Positions 12,802 to 25,045 are shown, numbered from the stretch's first letter. The stretch: 64,000 nt of DNA from Selaginella moellendorffii (GCF_000143415.4 NW_003314397.1:248001-312000), one strand, 5' to 3'. Numbers and translations are program-made. The notes: generated by a model from the letters alone, not told the origin.

Positions 12802-13904
12802 TCAAACATCAAGTCGAGGATTTTCTCGGGCGTTATTATACTTCCAGTACAGAGCGGCTACCAGATTTGCAGACGAGTGAGCAAGCATAGGCACGCATAA
12901 GTCCGATGTCCACACGGCTGCAAAGCCGTAAAGCAGCCCAACGAAAGACGCCCTGGAGAACAAACCAACAGGAAAGTTCTTATCAAATATAACTGCTGGC
13001 ACAAAAAGCTTACCATGTTGCGAAGGCAATGTTTCTACCACCTGTAACGTGCAGGGCTCCAAAAACAATTCCAGAGACGAAAACTCCCTTGGCATCCATT
13101 CCAACAAGTGGTAGCAATGCACCTCGAAACAAAAGCTCCTGTGTATACAAAAGAAAGACTTATAACAAGAAAAGTTTGGAGCCTAGAGTACCTCACCCAC
13201 GCCGGAGGAGAACGCGACTGCGGCACAGTCCCACGTCCCCAGGGATGACAGAACCTGTGGTGACGCCACGATTTGGAATGTTACTATACTCGCGATGAAA
13301 GTTTACCCGCTCGTTCGCAGTCTTGGTCGACTGAGCAAAGTCTGGCCAGGTCGCCAGCAATCCCAGTCGTAGCGCAGATATAAACGCTACAAGGCCTATA
13401 GTTGCTCCAAAATGCCACGGATGAATCTCATCTATACACAAGACGAGAAAAAGACGAAGAACAATAAATATGTAAACTAAGGAGCAAAATAGAAAGGCTT
13501 ACATCCGAGCAAACTTGTACAATCCCTCGACAGAAATTCCAGAGAATGAGAGGCCTGCTTGTTTTCTCTTTGGTAAGATTTCTGGAATGATTCCATTTAC
13601 CTGCCGGAGAGCCAAGCCTGCCGCGGCGAGTCCAGCAGACGTGAGGAAACAAGCATTGAGCACAGCTTCTCGCTTTGCCGGTGCTGCCGTTGCCTTAGAC
13701 GCTACTGGGCTTTCTCGTGCTTCCGATGGCGCTGGGATTGAAAGCTTTTCTTGTGCTGGCTTATCGCCAGAAACTTTGTTCGACCTTTGGCGGTTCCTTG
13801 ACGCTGTTATGCCTATGCAAACTAGAGTGAATTCTAGATAGACACCATCACTTACTTGTTCTTGAGCTTGGAACAAAATGTAGCAGCAAGGTCACCGTCG
13901 CCAT
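12802..13904 (-). CDS. CPBP/Abi (type II CAAX protease) family intramembrane metalloprotease, likely plastid-targeted
   Basis: Spliced GVGE|ELLFRG, FGALH and PMLAHSSAN motifs, TWPDFAQSTKTANER segment, and a Ser/Arg-rich N-terminus. Confidence 0.88.
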
Positions 13905-13939
13905 GCTATCATCGAAATTACATTCCTAGAAAGAAAGCC

Positions 13940-15487
13940 CTAGGAAGACGGGCACACACGCAAAACACTTTTGTTGCTAGTGCAAAGTCTTCGTTGCGAG
14001 TTCCTGAGATCGCGAATGAATCCTGGCTTGACGACTTCCGTGGTGACGGTGAGGTTTCCCAGGAGCATGCCAACGACGCTACTCATGGATGGCCGTGCCG
14101 AGGGAGAGGCCTGCGTGCAGTGAAGAGCAACCATCACCACCCTCTCCACTTCTGCTGCCGCGCATGAAATTACAAGCCTCGTGTCCACGAGAGAGAGCAA
14201 ACGACCACCCTCGAACAAAGTCCATGCCTGTGATCGCTAAACTTCAGTTCAGCGTTAGAAAGTTCATCAAGCTTGGTTTTTGTTTCTCACCCGGTCGAGA
14301 AGGAAGATTTCCTCGTCAGGCAGCTCCAGGTTCATGTTTGGTCGCCCACTTACAATCTCGAGAGCAAGGATTCCAAATGCGTAGACATCTGCCTTCTCCG
14401 TGAGCTGGCTAGTGAACAAATATTCTGGAGCAACGTAGCCACTGTATTAAAAAACACGTAAAGAATCATCAGAGTTGCAAGCTTTTGAAGAGGAAATTGT
14501 ACCAAGTTCCGACAACTCCAGTGCTGAGGTGAGAGCAACCAGCTTCCATGAGCGTTGCCAGCCCAAAATCCGAAATTTTTGGATTCAAGTCCCTGTCCAA
14601 GAGTACGTTGCCCGCTTTGATATCGCGATGAATCATCTTGATTGTGGACTCCTCATGCAGGTAAGCCAGTCCACGAGCCACTCCAACGCATATTTTGAAT
14701 CGATCGCTCCAGTCAACGAATAAGCAACCTTGCAACAATTTTTAATATTCACTTGAAAAGTGAATATTTAGTAGTTTCGACGAACCAGATACCTCCAAGT
14801 AAGATTTTCGAGAGGCTGTTGTTCTCCATAAACTCGTAGACGAGGAGACGATGCTCGCCCTCGGCACAAAAGCCCAGCAGTCTCACCAAGTTTTTGTGCT
14901 GGACAAAGGAGATCATGGAGACCTCGTTGATGAACTCGGCACCTTGCTGTGGACGGTTTGGCGCTCGCATCAGCTGCTTGATCGCCACGATCCCCTCCTT
15001 TTCCAGCACTCCCTGATTGAGAAGTTCTGGTCCGAGTGATCGATCTATGGTATCTTTACGTACCTTGTAGACTTCTCCAAATCCACCTTGACCGAGCTTG
15101 TTCTTGAGATAAAAGCCTTGGGTGGCCTTGTGTAGCTGCAGAAAAGTGTAGCGCTCCAATCTCCTTTCCATGTCGCCGCTGTTCTCTAGGATTTCATAGA
15201 AAAGCACGAGTTAGCAGATTTTGGAACCATGGCTGCATATATAAACCATGATGGAAAAGATCTCGAGAGCCACGAGCGTCCGTGTAGCTCTCTTGATCCT
15301 GCTCCTGCCGAATTTGCATCCTCTTCCTCCACAGGAACACAATGGTGACCAAGCAGGAAGTGTAAGTGAGGATCACCAGACAAATCCCAGCAATGAGCTT
15401 GGACATATCAGGCGATCCGGAGCCATCCCCACCAGCAGAAAGCGGAGATGGCGCTGCTGCAGATATGTACTCCCTGCCGCCGCTCAT
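13940..15487 (-). CDS. Receptor-like kinase with minimal ectodomain (TM + RD kinase; LRR-VIII/DUF26-related kinase domain)
   Basis: [25 protein letters not shown] followed by RKR. Kinase motifs [39 protein letters not shown]. Confidence 0.9.
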
Positions 15488-15719
15488 ACGAAAAACAAAA
15501 CATGAAAAACTTGTTCTTGCTTTATGCTCAAGTGGTGCACGGGTATGACGGAGTCCGCTTGAGAGCGAAAAAAGTCGATTGTTTGAACGCTTCAGGCCAA
15601 GACAAAGTAAGTGACAGGATTTGTATCCGCGCTCTGACTGGAAAAAAAAAGAAGCAAGCAAAGGAAGCAAGGAGAGAAGCTCCAAGTTATATAAGATCTT
15701 AGTCCGTCAACCTTTGGAT

Positions 15720-18320
15720 TTACTTGAAGAGCTCGCTTCCCAGAGTCACTACCGTCGGGCCCTCGCCGGCTGCGACGATGCCGCCTCTCTCCTTGTCCAG
15801 AATGCGCTCCACTTGCTGTGACACTTGACTCATCGTGGGCCTCTTCTCTGGACTCTGGGCTGTACAGTGGAGGCCCAGCAGTAACAAAGTGCCCGCTTCT
15901 TCCGTCCCTACCAAGCTCTTGTCCACCATTCCCTCCATACTACTCGACGATTCCTGGAGCGACCGTGCCTGTGTAAGTTAAGTTCCACAAACGACGCACT
16001 GCGTGTGAGCTCCACCAGGAGATCGAGCCATATTGGCGAAAGCGACGCTACTCACCCATTCCACGATGCCGGGAGAAGGCTGTGCTGGTCGGCTCCGGTT
16101 TATTGCTTGTCGCCCGCTTATGAGCTCAAGCAGGAACACACCATAGCTGTAGACGTCGCTCTTTGGATCCACGCGGTACGTGTTATATCTGAAGAGAGAG
16201 ACAAGAGAATGAGAGGAAGACAAAGCCAGAGATGGATGCATGGCTACTCACACTGCTGCCGGATCTGCGAAGTGGCTGCTGGAGCCATTTGCTGACGGCA
16301 TTGCGTTGTGGCTCGTCACCAGCAGCTTGGACAGGCCTACATCCGTAACTTTCGCCACCAAGTTCTCGTCCAGGAGCACGTTGCTTGTCTTGAAGTCTTG
16401 GTGCACGCGGGGTGGATTCCCAGAATGTAAATATTCCAATCCTGATCCATAGCCGCAAGTTAGTACACAATCCTAGAGAATCACATCAGCACCTCTGGCA
16501 GCACCCAATGCAATTGCTACGCGTTGCTTGAAATCCAGCTCTCCAGTTGGATTCCCATTAGGATCTATCCCAAAGTTAGATCCAGCAAGACAAGGGAGGC
16601 CAGCTACGTACCACATAAATGACTTGAAACACTCCCATTGGGCAGATAATCATAAACAAGCATTTGGTGGTCGTGTTCCTGGCAAAAACCAAGCAGACTA
16701 ACCACATTCTTATGGCGAAGCTGGGACAGATTAACGACCTGCATGAAGAAGCAAGAGCGTTGGTTGTGCGAGATCTTGTTAACTATGTCTTTACCTCCGT
16801 GACAAACTCTTGTGTAGGAGCGCTAGCTCGCGTCTTGATGGCCACAATAGTTCCATCTTCAAGCAATCCTTTGTAGACTAAACCAAAGCGTCCTCTCCCA
16901 ATCAGGTTGGATGGATTAAATCCCTTGGTTGCATGGTCGAGCTCTTGAAACGCAAACTGCTTTGCATGCTGGGCTTCCACGGCTGCGGCGATCGCTCCTT
17001 CTGTTAGAGAGCTTTCGGCTCTTCCTTTGGCCCAGTCCACTACGCACTCGGGAAAGAACTCTTAGAACGCTACTTATGATCATACTTCAAATGGTTACCT
17101 TGAGCGGAAGGATCTGAGGAGGCGGTGTCGGAAGTAGCACTCGGCCAGTGCCTCACGCGCATCAAGCACAGTGACACCAGTCCAATTGAGATTGCGACGA
17201 GAACCACCGCTCCGACTACTGCTCCAGCAATGGCACCAGCGTGAGATTTGTGGCCACCATCTTGGTTTTGAGGCATTCCCTCGCCGGGACCAAACACCAG
17301 AGCTGGTGCCAGAGAAGGCGAGCATGCTGGACACGAATCCAGGTTTTCGCTCAGCCTGAATCAAGCAGAGTTGAAGTTACTCGACCTCCAGCTCTAGGAA
17401 CTGAAATGAGCTTACCTTACATTCGTCGAAAGCTTCGAGGACCATGAAATGTTGAGCGAGTTGCCATCCAGAAAGCTGAGGAAGACAAAAAGTTATGAAA
17501 ACAATCCCAACTTTACGTAGAACTTACAGCTCTTTCAAGTTGGGCAATGTTGCGAATGCTGCTGGGACTTGTCCGCTCAGATGATTTCCAGATAGACGCC
17601 TGCAAACAGAACCAGCAAAAGAAAACGTGGCAAAAGTTTGAGCAACGAGCCAAGAACAAGGCTTTGAAGAATCTAAAGCAAAACAAGCACACAGTACATA
17701 TTCTTTTCAAGGAACGTGAATCCAAAAGAGAAGGACCTACAGAGAAGTTAGGTTCTTCAATTTACCAAGACCAGAGGGGATTGTTCCATAGAGATGGTTA
17801 CCATCTAGCCATCTGCACAAACCTTGTCGTGATTATCATCCATGATATCCAACCAAACGAGAGCGGCGGCCAAAAACTTACAGGATAACCAGGCTGCTCA
17901 GCTTCTCCAGTTCCGACGATAGCAATCCGTGAAGCCCCAGAGCTGACAACGTCCTGGAGTTTGGAAACATTTTTTTTCCATTGTTTGTTCTTCGCGGAGA
18001 AAGAAAAGAAGTTGAACTACTTACAGCGAGACAACGGCGCGGCTATCTCCACCACATTTGATTCCTCTCCATGACGACGAAGCCGAGCAAGGATCGTCGC
18101 CCATCCAGCTGCGAAGTTGCGGTGGATCCCCAAGAGCGTGCTTGAAAGCCTGCAAGGCATCCGCTGGAAAAACGAGACTAAGGATGATCCAAGAGGAGAA
18201 GCCTATGTAGCGATAGTTACCAGCTCCAGGCTGTGCAAAGACGAAAAGCGTGCCCGTATTCCATAGCGCCAGAGCTCCTAACAGTACCACTGAGCTCCAC
18301 AAACTCATAGAAGGCTCCAT
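15720..18320 (-). CDS. Short-ectodomain LRR receptor-like kinase, non-RD
   Basis: Signal peptide, LRRNT (SWMGDDPC...WRGIKC), three to four LRR exons (two measured at 72 nt), [16 protein letters not shown], kinase [21 protein letters not shown]. Confidence 0.88.
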
Positions 18321-18472
18321 ATGATCATTGTCGCTGCCCCCGAGCCCAAACGAGAAAGAGCGGAAAAAAAAGAGCGCTTCCAATCTAGCTGCTGCTGCTG
18401 CTTGGGTCGACCAGCATTTCCATTCCAAAATGAGAGTGAGAGAAGAACCTAAAACCCCCGAGCGGAGAGGGA

Positions 18473-18476
<4 letters not shown>

Positions 18477-18519
<43 letters not shown>
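18477..18519. repeat. (GA)n microsatellite in the 5' region of the LRR-RLK (GAGA/BPC-type element)
   Basis: About 21 consecutive GA units. Confidence 0.9.
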
Positions 18520-18522
<3 letters not shown>

Positions 18523-19927
18523 GGTATTCCCAAAGTCCGCCGATCCAGAGGAGCAAGATACTTACACACTGGTTGGCAAAGGAAAAGAGGAAAGGAGGAA
18601 CCCTCTCTTCTCTCTTCTCCGTCCCGTGAAAGAGACTTGGTCCAAGTTAAAGTGATTGGCAGTAATGTTGTGTGGCAGCACCAGTCTCTCTAAAGAGAGA
18701 GAGAGCGAGGGAGAGAGAGTAGGGCTTAGCTATAAGCTTTGCTTCTCCGTTCGGTGGTGATGGTTGTTTCTGCGACAGAAGAAATTAACTCCACTGGGCA
18801 TTCAGAGCTTGTGACTCACTGTATAGCGGCAGCAGCCAGCCAGTTGTTCGTCTTGTGGAGGAATTTACAACGCCACCAAGGATCTATCAATGTATCTATA
18901 GCTCCCCCCTCCAAAAAAAAAAAAGAGAGCGAGCCCCTACATGGTGTTGGTGTTGTTTTCCTTCGCAGAGGAGCATTAACAGCGACACCTTGCTCGCTCG
19001 CTCTCGCCCGCCATAGCTGTGCCTGTGTTGAGCTCGCCTTCGCAGTCCTGTTTTTATTCGACTGGCTGCCAGCTTTGTTTTTGTATATCTTTTTCCTTCC
19101 TCCTTGCTGCTTATCCTACAGAAAAAAACACTTGGCGATTGTTAATGAAAAGCCTCCAAAAGCCAGATTCCAACTTGCTTGTCTGCTTCTCACTACAGTT
19201 CTTTTGACATCGCCTCTCAACAAATGCAAAGCAGAAAAAGAATGTGAATGTCTGCCAGGTCTCATCATCCAGCGACAAAGTGAAGAGAAAAAGTATCTAT
19301 CTATCTATCTCGGAAAAGCTTTGCTTTCTCCAACTTGCTCGCTAGAGGCCCTACACTACACTTCCATAGCAAAGCAACAAATAAACAAAGGAGAATGCGT
19401 CCTGTCCTCTCACATCTCATCTCGTCACCATCTCTCAAAGGTCCCTGTAGCTTCTCATGACGCAGTGGGCCAACAATCCAAGAATCGAAATGGATGCACT
19501 TAATAGAATAGACGAGCTATACAGAAAGTCAAGACTCCCAACCCAAGAAGCTCATGCGAGAAATGCTACGGTGGCTGGCGAGAGTCACTTGCCTCGTGAG
19601 CGTGAGCGAGCCGAATAAAAGAATGAATGTTGATAGCTTCCCATCCGAAAATCACCTTGGCTGCTCAAGTTTTACTCCGCTCCTTGACTTGTTTCACCTG
19701 GTGGTGGACATAAATACCACAGTCAGCACTCTTTTACGTAATAATGAAAGACACCATCGTACCTTTGGCGAGCTTTCACCTGAGCAGATTCAAGGCACAC
19801 GACGTACCCGATTAAAGATGGCACCAGCAGCAGTAGCAGCAACGCGCCCCTGGCCCCTCCGGAAAGACAATAAATAAACCAAGATGGAGCCATGATCGTC
19901 AACTTCGTTGCATCTGTCCCGTGTGTG

Positions 19928-22477
19928 TCACCAGTAATCACCGCACGAACAGCTCGCGTCCATGGGACGGAAGTGGTGGACGCGGTTGCCTTCCCTGACG
20001 GATATGTCTCTCCCGGTCATCTTGCAGATGTGCTTGATCTCGCCGTGGCAGCACACGCACATCCGCAAGTTCTTGACGACGAACAGCGGTACACCCGGCG
20101 GCGAGCTTATCGCACCGAAAGCAATCGCCAGCTTCTCGTCGTGGTACCCCCGCACGTCATGCAGCGGCACGAACCCCGCCTCCTCCATCTCCTCGCTCCA
20201 CTCACGCAGCTGAGCTCCGATCTTCTCGCCCAGCCGGTGCAGCCCAGCTCTCACTCCAAACTCGTGCACCACCCCGTTTACTTCGATGTAGCTCCGGCTC
20301 TGTTCCTTCTTCATCGCCCTCTCGCCCGCCAACTTTGCCAGGCTTTTCACCGCGTCCAGCATGCCGATGGCCGCGAACATGTTGGACAGCAGCACGTAAG
20401 GTGACGCGTTCTTCGGGTCGAGTCCGAGAACACGCCTCGCAGCTCGCAGGCCCCTCTCCACGTCCGAGTGAATCACGCACGATCCCAGCAGCGACATCCA
20501 CAGCACCGAGTCGAGGCTGAACGGCTTGCTGCTGATGAAAGCCTCCACTTCTTCGAGCTGTCCACTGCGACCGAGAAGATCCACTAGGCAGCCGTAGTGC
20601 TCGCTCGTCGGGACGAGGCAGTGGCCGTAAACCATCGACCGGAAGTAGCTCACGGCTTTTGCGACCAGTCCGTTGTGGCTGCATCCGAAGAGCATGTTGA
20701 GCAGCGTCATCTCGTTGGGTTGAGCACCGTCGAGGTCCATCTCCTGTAGCAGCTCGGCACTCAGTGTCTCCTCCCCGTTCTGCGAGCTCGCGGCCAGGAT
20801 TGTGTTCCACGTAACAATGTTCTTGAAGCTCAGGTGGTGGAACACTTCCAAGGCATAGTCGAGGCGGCCGCATTTCCCATACAAGTTGATGAGCGAAGTT
20901 CCGAGCACCACGTCGATTAGATAGCCGGTGACAATCACCCGCTCGAAGATAGCATGACCCTCTACCAGCGCTCCAATGCTGGAGCACGCATCGATGGTGC
21001 TCACGAAAGTCACCACGTTAGCCTTGACACCCTCGAGATCCATTTTCCTGAATAGAGCCAGAGCACTCCGCCCCTCGCCATTTCTTGTTAAAGCCGTGAG
21101 CATGGCTGTCCACGAGATGACGCTGCTGTGTGTCGTTACTCCCTTGTGGAAAACGTCCACGGCGTCACCCAAGCTTCCACACGCCGAGTACATGGTGATG
21201 AGTGCGCTGAGAACCGTGAGACTAGAGTCATAGCCGGCGTCGACGACGTGCTTGTGTATGTCCCTGCCTGCTGCTAGATGCTCCGCCAACGAGCATGACT
21301 CGAGCACGTTTACGAAGGTGATCTCATCGGGCTCGACGCCGGCAGCCTCCATGCTCACGTACAGTTGGAGAGCCTCGTCTGTATATCCCTCCTGTGCGTA
21401 ACCAGCGATCATCACGTTCCAAGTCACCACATTCTTCCCGGGCATTCGGTCGAAAACTCTCCTCGCGTCCTCCAAACTCCCACACCTCGAGTACATGCTC
21501 ACCAGCGCGGTGTTGACGACCACGTCGGGGCGGAGCTTGCTGAGGATGAAACACATGTGTGCTACGCGAGCATCCGAGTAGACGCCGTTGGTGGCACAGG
21601 CGCGGAAGAGGAGCGCGTAAGTCACCTGATTTGGCTGCAGGCCGCTGGGCTGGATGCGGTTAAACGTCGACACTGCGTCGACCGTGTAGCCGAGTTGGAT
21701 GTATGCCGAGATCATGGCGTTGCAGCAGGCCAAGTCCTTGTTGCGAGCTTGATCAAACACCACCTCCGCGTGAAAGATGTCGCCACACTTCGCATACATG
21801 TCGATCAGCGCAGTCACTAGGACGACGTCGTACGTGAGTTGACAAGTAGCGGCAGCTCTGGCGTGGATTTTCCGAGCCTCATCCCAGTCCCCGAGCTCGG
21901 ACACGGCACCGATCACTGTCGCCAAAGTCACAGCATTCGGCCACACTCCCAAGAGGTCCATTTGGCGGAGAAGCTCGAGCACCGTCTTGTGATGCCCGTT
22001 CTGGGCATAAGCAGCGAGAAGAATCGTCCACGAGTAGACGTTGGGGTGGCGGATAGAACTGAAAACCAGCCGTGCATCCTTGACGCAGCCACACTTTCCA
22101 TATGCTTCCACTACGCAGTTGAGCAGCAATCTATCCCCGGAGAAGCGCTTGCTGTGGGAGATGTGTGCCTGTATCGTCTTCAAGGCGGTGACGTCCCCAG
22201 CCTGTTTCAACAGGGAAACGTAGGCGGCAGGATCGACAAAATCCGACTTTTGGTTTTGCTCTTCAAGGCTTGCCAGCCTCTGCTTCACATCTTCGTCCGA
22301 AAGAGTGGGAGGAGCAAGAGGAGCGTAGTCGTGTGCTTGAGGCTCTTCCACTACCGCAGCCCATAGATTGAACTCGCCACCGGTAAATGCTTTATCTTCG
22401 TGGAAGTGCCGCTGCTGCTGCTGCTGCCGAAGGAGCGATGGTATGGAGAGTCGGAACCGCTTCTTCAAGCCATGCAT
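19928..22477 (-). CDS. PLS-class PPR protein with E and divergent DYW domain (organellar C-to-U editing factor-like), intronless, 849 aa
   Basis: P-L-S repeats, E domain (HYGCLVDLLGRSG...WMSLLGSC), HDEKLAIAFG...KNLRMCVCCH...SCSCGDYW. Confidence 0.95.
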   Translation of the reverse strand: MHGLKKRFRLSIPSLLRQQQQQRHFHEDKAFTGGEFNLWAAVVEEPQAHDYAPLAPPTLSDEDVKQRLASLEEQNQKSDFVDPAAYVSLLKQAGDVTALKTIQAHISHSKRFSGDRLLLNCVVEAYGKCGCVKDARLVFSSIRHPNVYSWTILLAAYAQNGHHKTVLELLRQMDLLGVWPNAVTLATVIGAVSELGDWDEARKIHARAAATCQLTYDVVLVTALIDMYAKCGDIFHAEVVFDQARNKDLACCNAMISAYIQLGYTVDAVSTFNRIQPSGLQPNQVTYALLFRACATNGVYSDARVAHMCFILSKLRPDVVVNTALVSMYSRCGSLEDARRVFDRMPGKNVVTWNVMIAGYAQEGYTDEALQLYVSMEAAGVEPDEITFVNVLESCSLAEHLAAGRDIHKHVVDAGYDSSLTVLSALITMYSACGSLGDAVDVFHKGVTTHSSVISWTAMLTALTRNGEGRSALALFRKMDLEGVKANVVTFVSTIDACSSIGALVEGHAIFERVIVTGYLIDVVLGTSLINLYGKCGRLDYALEVFHHLSFKNIVTWNTILAASSQNGEETLSAELLQEMDLDGAQPNEMTLLNMLFGCSHNGLVAKAVSYFRSMVYGHCLVPTSEHYGCLVDLLGRSGQLEEVEAFISSKPFSLDSVLWMSLLGSCVIHSDVERGLRAARRVLGLDPKNASPYVLLSNMFAAIGMLDAVKSLAKLAGERAMKKEQSRSYIEVNGVVHEFGVRAGLHRLGEKIGAQLREWSEEMEEAGFVPLHDVRGYHDEKLAIAFGAISSPPGVPLFVVKNLRMCVCCHGEIKHICKMTGRDISVREGNRVHHFRPMDASCSCGDYW

Positions 22478-22697
22478 TGGCCATTCAAGCTATAGCTTGC
22501 AGAATGCCAAGCCGAAATAGCGGAAAACTCACGCATGGTAGAGCTTCGATCCACGAAGATATTGGAGCAGCTTGCGATCACATAGCCTACACACACAGTA
22601 GGATAGATGAGAAAGATAGAAAGGAAAGAAAACTCTACCACAAGATTTTGGCAGCCATGGATGTAAGGAAGAAATCCCAGAAATCGAGGCCTCAAGC

Positions 22698-22933
22698 TCA
22701 GGTTTTGCGCCGCGCCGCCTCTAACGCTGCGGCAAATGCGGCCTTGTCTTCCATGCTCGGCGGCTTCTCATTCGCCTTGACATAGCGGTGAACATCGTAA
22801 GTGGTCGCGACCAGGACGACGATCCTGTGCAATGCAGGCGCGCATCGATCATCGATTGGAAATGCGCGATCAAGGGAAAGAGAGCTCACCCGGCGGAGTA
22901 GAGTAGCACCTTGCGCAGCGGCGGAGAGGCCAT
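22698..22933 (-). CDS. Two-exon 56-aa single-pass membrane microprotein
   Basis: ATG at 22933, intron 22825-22889 (GG|gtgag...gcacag|G). Product MASPPLRKVLLYSAGIVVLVATTYDVHRYVKANEKPPSMEDKAAFAAALEAARRKT*. GC-rich coding-like codons. Confidence 0.72.
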
Positions 22934-23041
22934 GGCTAAAGAGCCCTAGGTCGTCTAGAGAAATCCCTTTAATCTCTAGCTAGGCCTAGGGTTTTAAGGA
23001 ATTATGGATGGAGCGAGGCGAGGGCGCTAGGTTGCGTCGCG
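22934..23041. promoter_or_regulatory. 108-bp bidirectional promoter (microprotein / CBL) with telo-box
   Basis: Divergent ATGs at 22933 and 23042. TAGGGTTT at 22987-22994. Confidence 0.55.
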
Positions 23042-24137
23042 ATGTGGCTATGCCTGGAGCATTTCTACTCGGGAATTCAGCACGTACTAGCGCTGCTCTC
23101 GCGATGCTTCGAGCACAAGCGCGTGGAGAGGGAGGATTCCGAGTCGATTGCACGGGATACCAATTGTAAGTGCCGGCATTTGGCTCGATTCTTACGGGGG
23201 CTTCCATTCCAGTTAGCGTCAGCGAAGTGGAAGCGCTGTATGAGCTCTTTAAGAAGATAAGCTGCGGTGTGGTAGACGATGGTGTGATCAACAGGGTAAG
23301 AGGCTATCTCTCAATTCTTCTTCGAGGTATCTGAGAATACTTCTCCAATCAGGAGGAATTCAAGCTTGCTCTATTCAAGAGCAGCAGGAAAGAAAGCATA
23401 TTTGCAGATCGGGCAAGCAGAGGAAAGAACCACTGGACTGTGGACTGACTTACGTTTGCGTTCCAGGTGTTTGATCTCTTCAACGTCAAGAAGAACAATG
23501 TTCTCGATTTTGGAGAGTTTGCACGGGCTCTCTCTGTATTCCATCCAAATGCTCCCATGCAAGACAAAGTCGCATGTAAGTTTGAGTTCGTCAAAGTCGC
23601 TGAGGTTCTCATGTAACACTCCGATAGTTGCGTTTCGTTTGTACGATTTTAAGCACCAAGGCTACATCGATCGCGGCGAGGTAAGCATTTCTATGGTTTC
23701 TCTTCTAGTCTGGAAACCATTCTTTGGTTTGCCTCGCAGGTGAAACGAATGGTAGTAGCGACGTTAGCGGAGTCCGGTATGAATCTATCGGACGAGGTCG
23801 TGGAGAACATAATAGATAAGGTAATGCCTCACGCTTCTTTGTCTCTATAGAGCAGAAACTTTACATGCTCGACACTCATAGCGTTACCTGGCTTAAGCGT
23901 TGTAGACGTTCGAGGAAGCGGATACCAAAAGGGACGGCATGATTGACGAAGAGGAGTGGAGCAACCTTGTACAGAAGCACCCCTCTTTGCTCAAGAACAT
24001 GAGCCTCCTCTACTTGAAGTAAGAATGATTTTCTGATGATCTCCCCTTCCAACGCAAGATGCCGCTTTGTTATGATCAGGGACATTACGACTACGTTTCC
24101 AAGTTTTGTATTCCATTCGCAAGTCGAAGATACATAG
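23042..24137 (+). CDS. CBL: Calcineurin B-like calcium sensor (CBL2/3-like N-terminus), 8 exons
   Basis: [29 protein letters not shown]|[22 protein letters not shown] and C-terminal [13 protein letters not shown]. Cys-containing N-terminus without Gly2. Confidence 0.95.
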
Positions 24138-24327
24138 AAAGGATTCTAAGATAATTCTTTTCGATATGACATTAGATTGGGGTAAGTTTCCAGATCTGAT
24201 ATTCAATTCCTATAAACTTGAGATCGTGTTCTTCGGTGCAACTTTACTAAGAACAGATCATGTTTTTATTGGCAACTTTACAATCAGAGAAAGTTTCTTT
24301 TGTCCTTATCACTTAGAACAAAGCTCA

Positions 24328-25045
24328 TCAGTACTTGAGCTTCCAGATCTTGATATTCTTCCACCTGGATTCCATGTACTCACTAGCGTTGGACTGTGCA
24401 TACACTCCACACTTGAAGTAGTGCGTCTTGCGGCTCTCGTTCACTTCCCAGTGCTTGAGCTTTCCATCCAGATAGATGCGAAGCATCATATTGTCCGCGT
24501 CGTGGATAACATTGAGATGGATCCATCTGTTATAGACATCCGTCGCCAAGGTCGAGTGTGGCAAGTCGGCTCCACTTCGAACTAAATCTCCATGCCCGTC
24601 GAGCCGAACTTGGAGCGCAGTGGCAGCGCTCTTTCCCCCAAACACTTGCATCACACAGGCACCCTTTGTGCCCGAGGGAACGTAAAAGTCCCCCTCGAAT
24701 TGCCAGATCCCTTCCAAGTACTCTGGTCTCTATGAAAAACAATGAGAGAAATCGAGAAGATCATGTCGACCAACTTACTAGAAACCGGAGCTCGGTTCTT
24801 GGCATCGTGTGACTATCAGGGCTGTGGGTCTTGTCCGAAGTGTAGACCCACAGTTTGTGGACGCCATTGCTGACGCTGTAGCGATCAGAGACTTTGAGAT
24901 CATACGGCTTCTGGATCACGTAGGAAACTGGCTGCTCGACAAAACCGGAAGTTGGATCGATGCCGAATGCCAGAGTGCTGAATTCAAGAGATAGGAGTAG
25001 CAAGGCAGCACAAGCAAACGCCATTGCAGCACAAGAAAACGCCAT
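24328..25045 (-). CDS. Secreted citrate-binding protein / PL7 alginate-lyase-fold protein, 2 exons
   Basis: Signal peptide, IQKPYD, PRTELR, GIWQFEG, MQVFGG, YFKCGVY, MESRWKNIKI. Confidence 0.88.

Noticed and set aside
18739-19503. 254-aa ORF upstream of the LRR-RLK
   Set aside because: Non-ATG start, low-complexity and microsatellite content, promoter-like context, no family motifs.
19928-20320. Calling the DYW domain a U-to-C (DYW:KP) enzyme
   Set aside because: No KP motif and it retains the terminal DYW. The divergence pattern alone does not support this.
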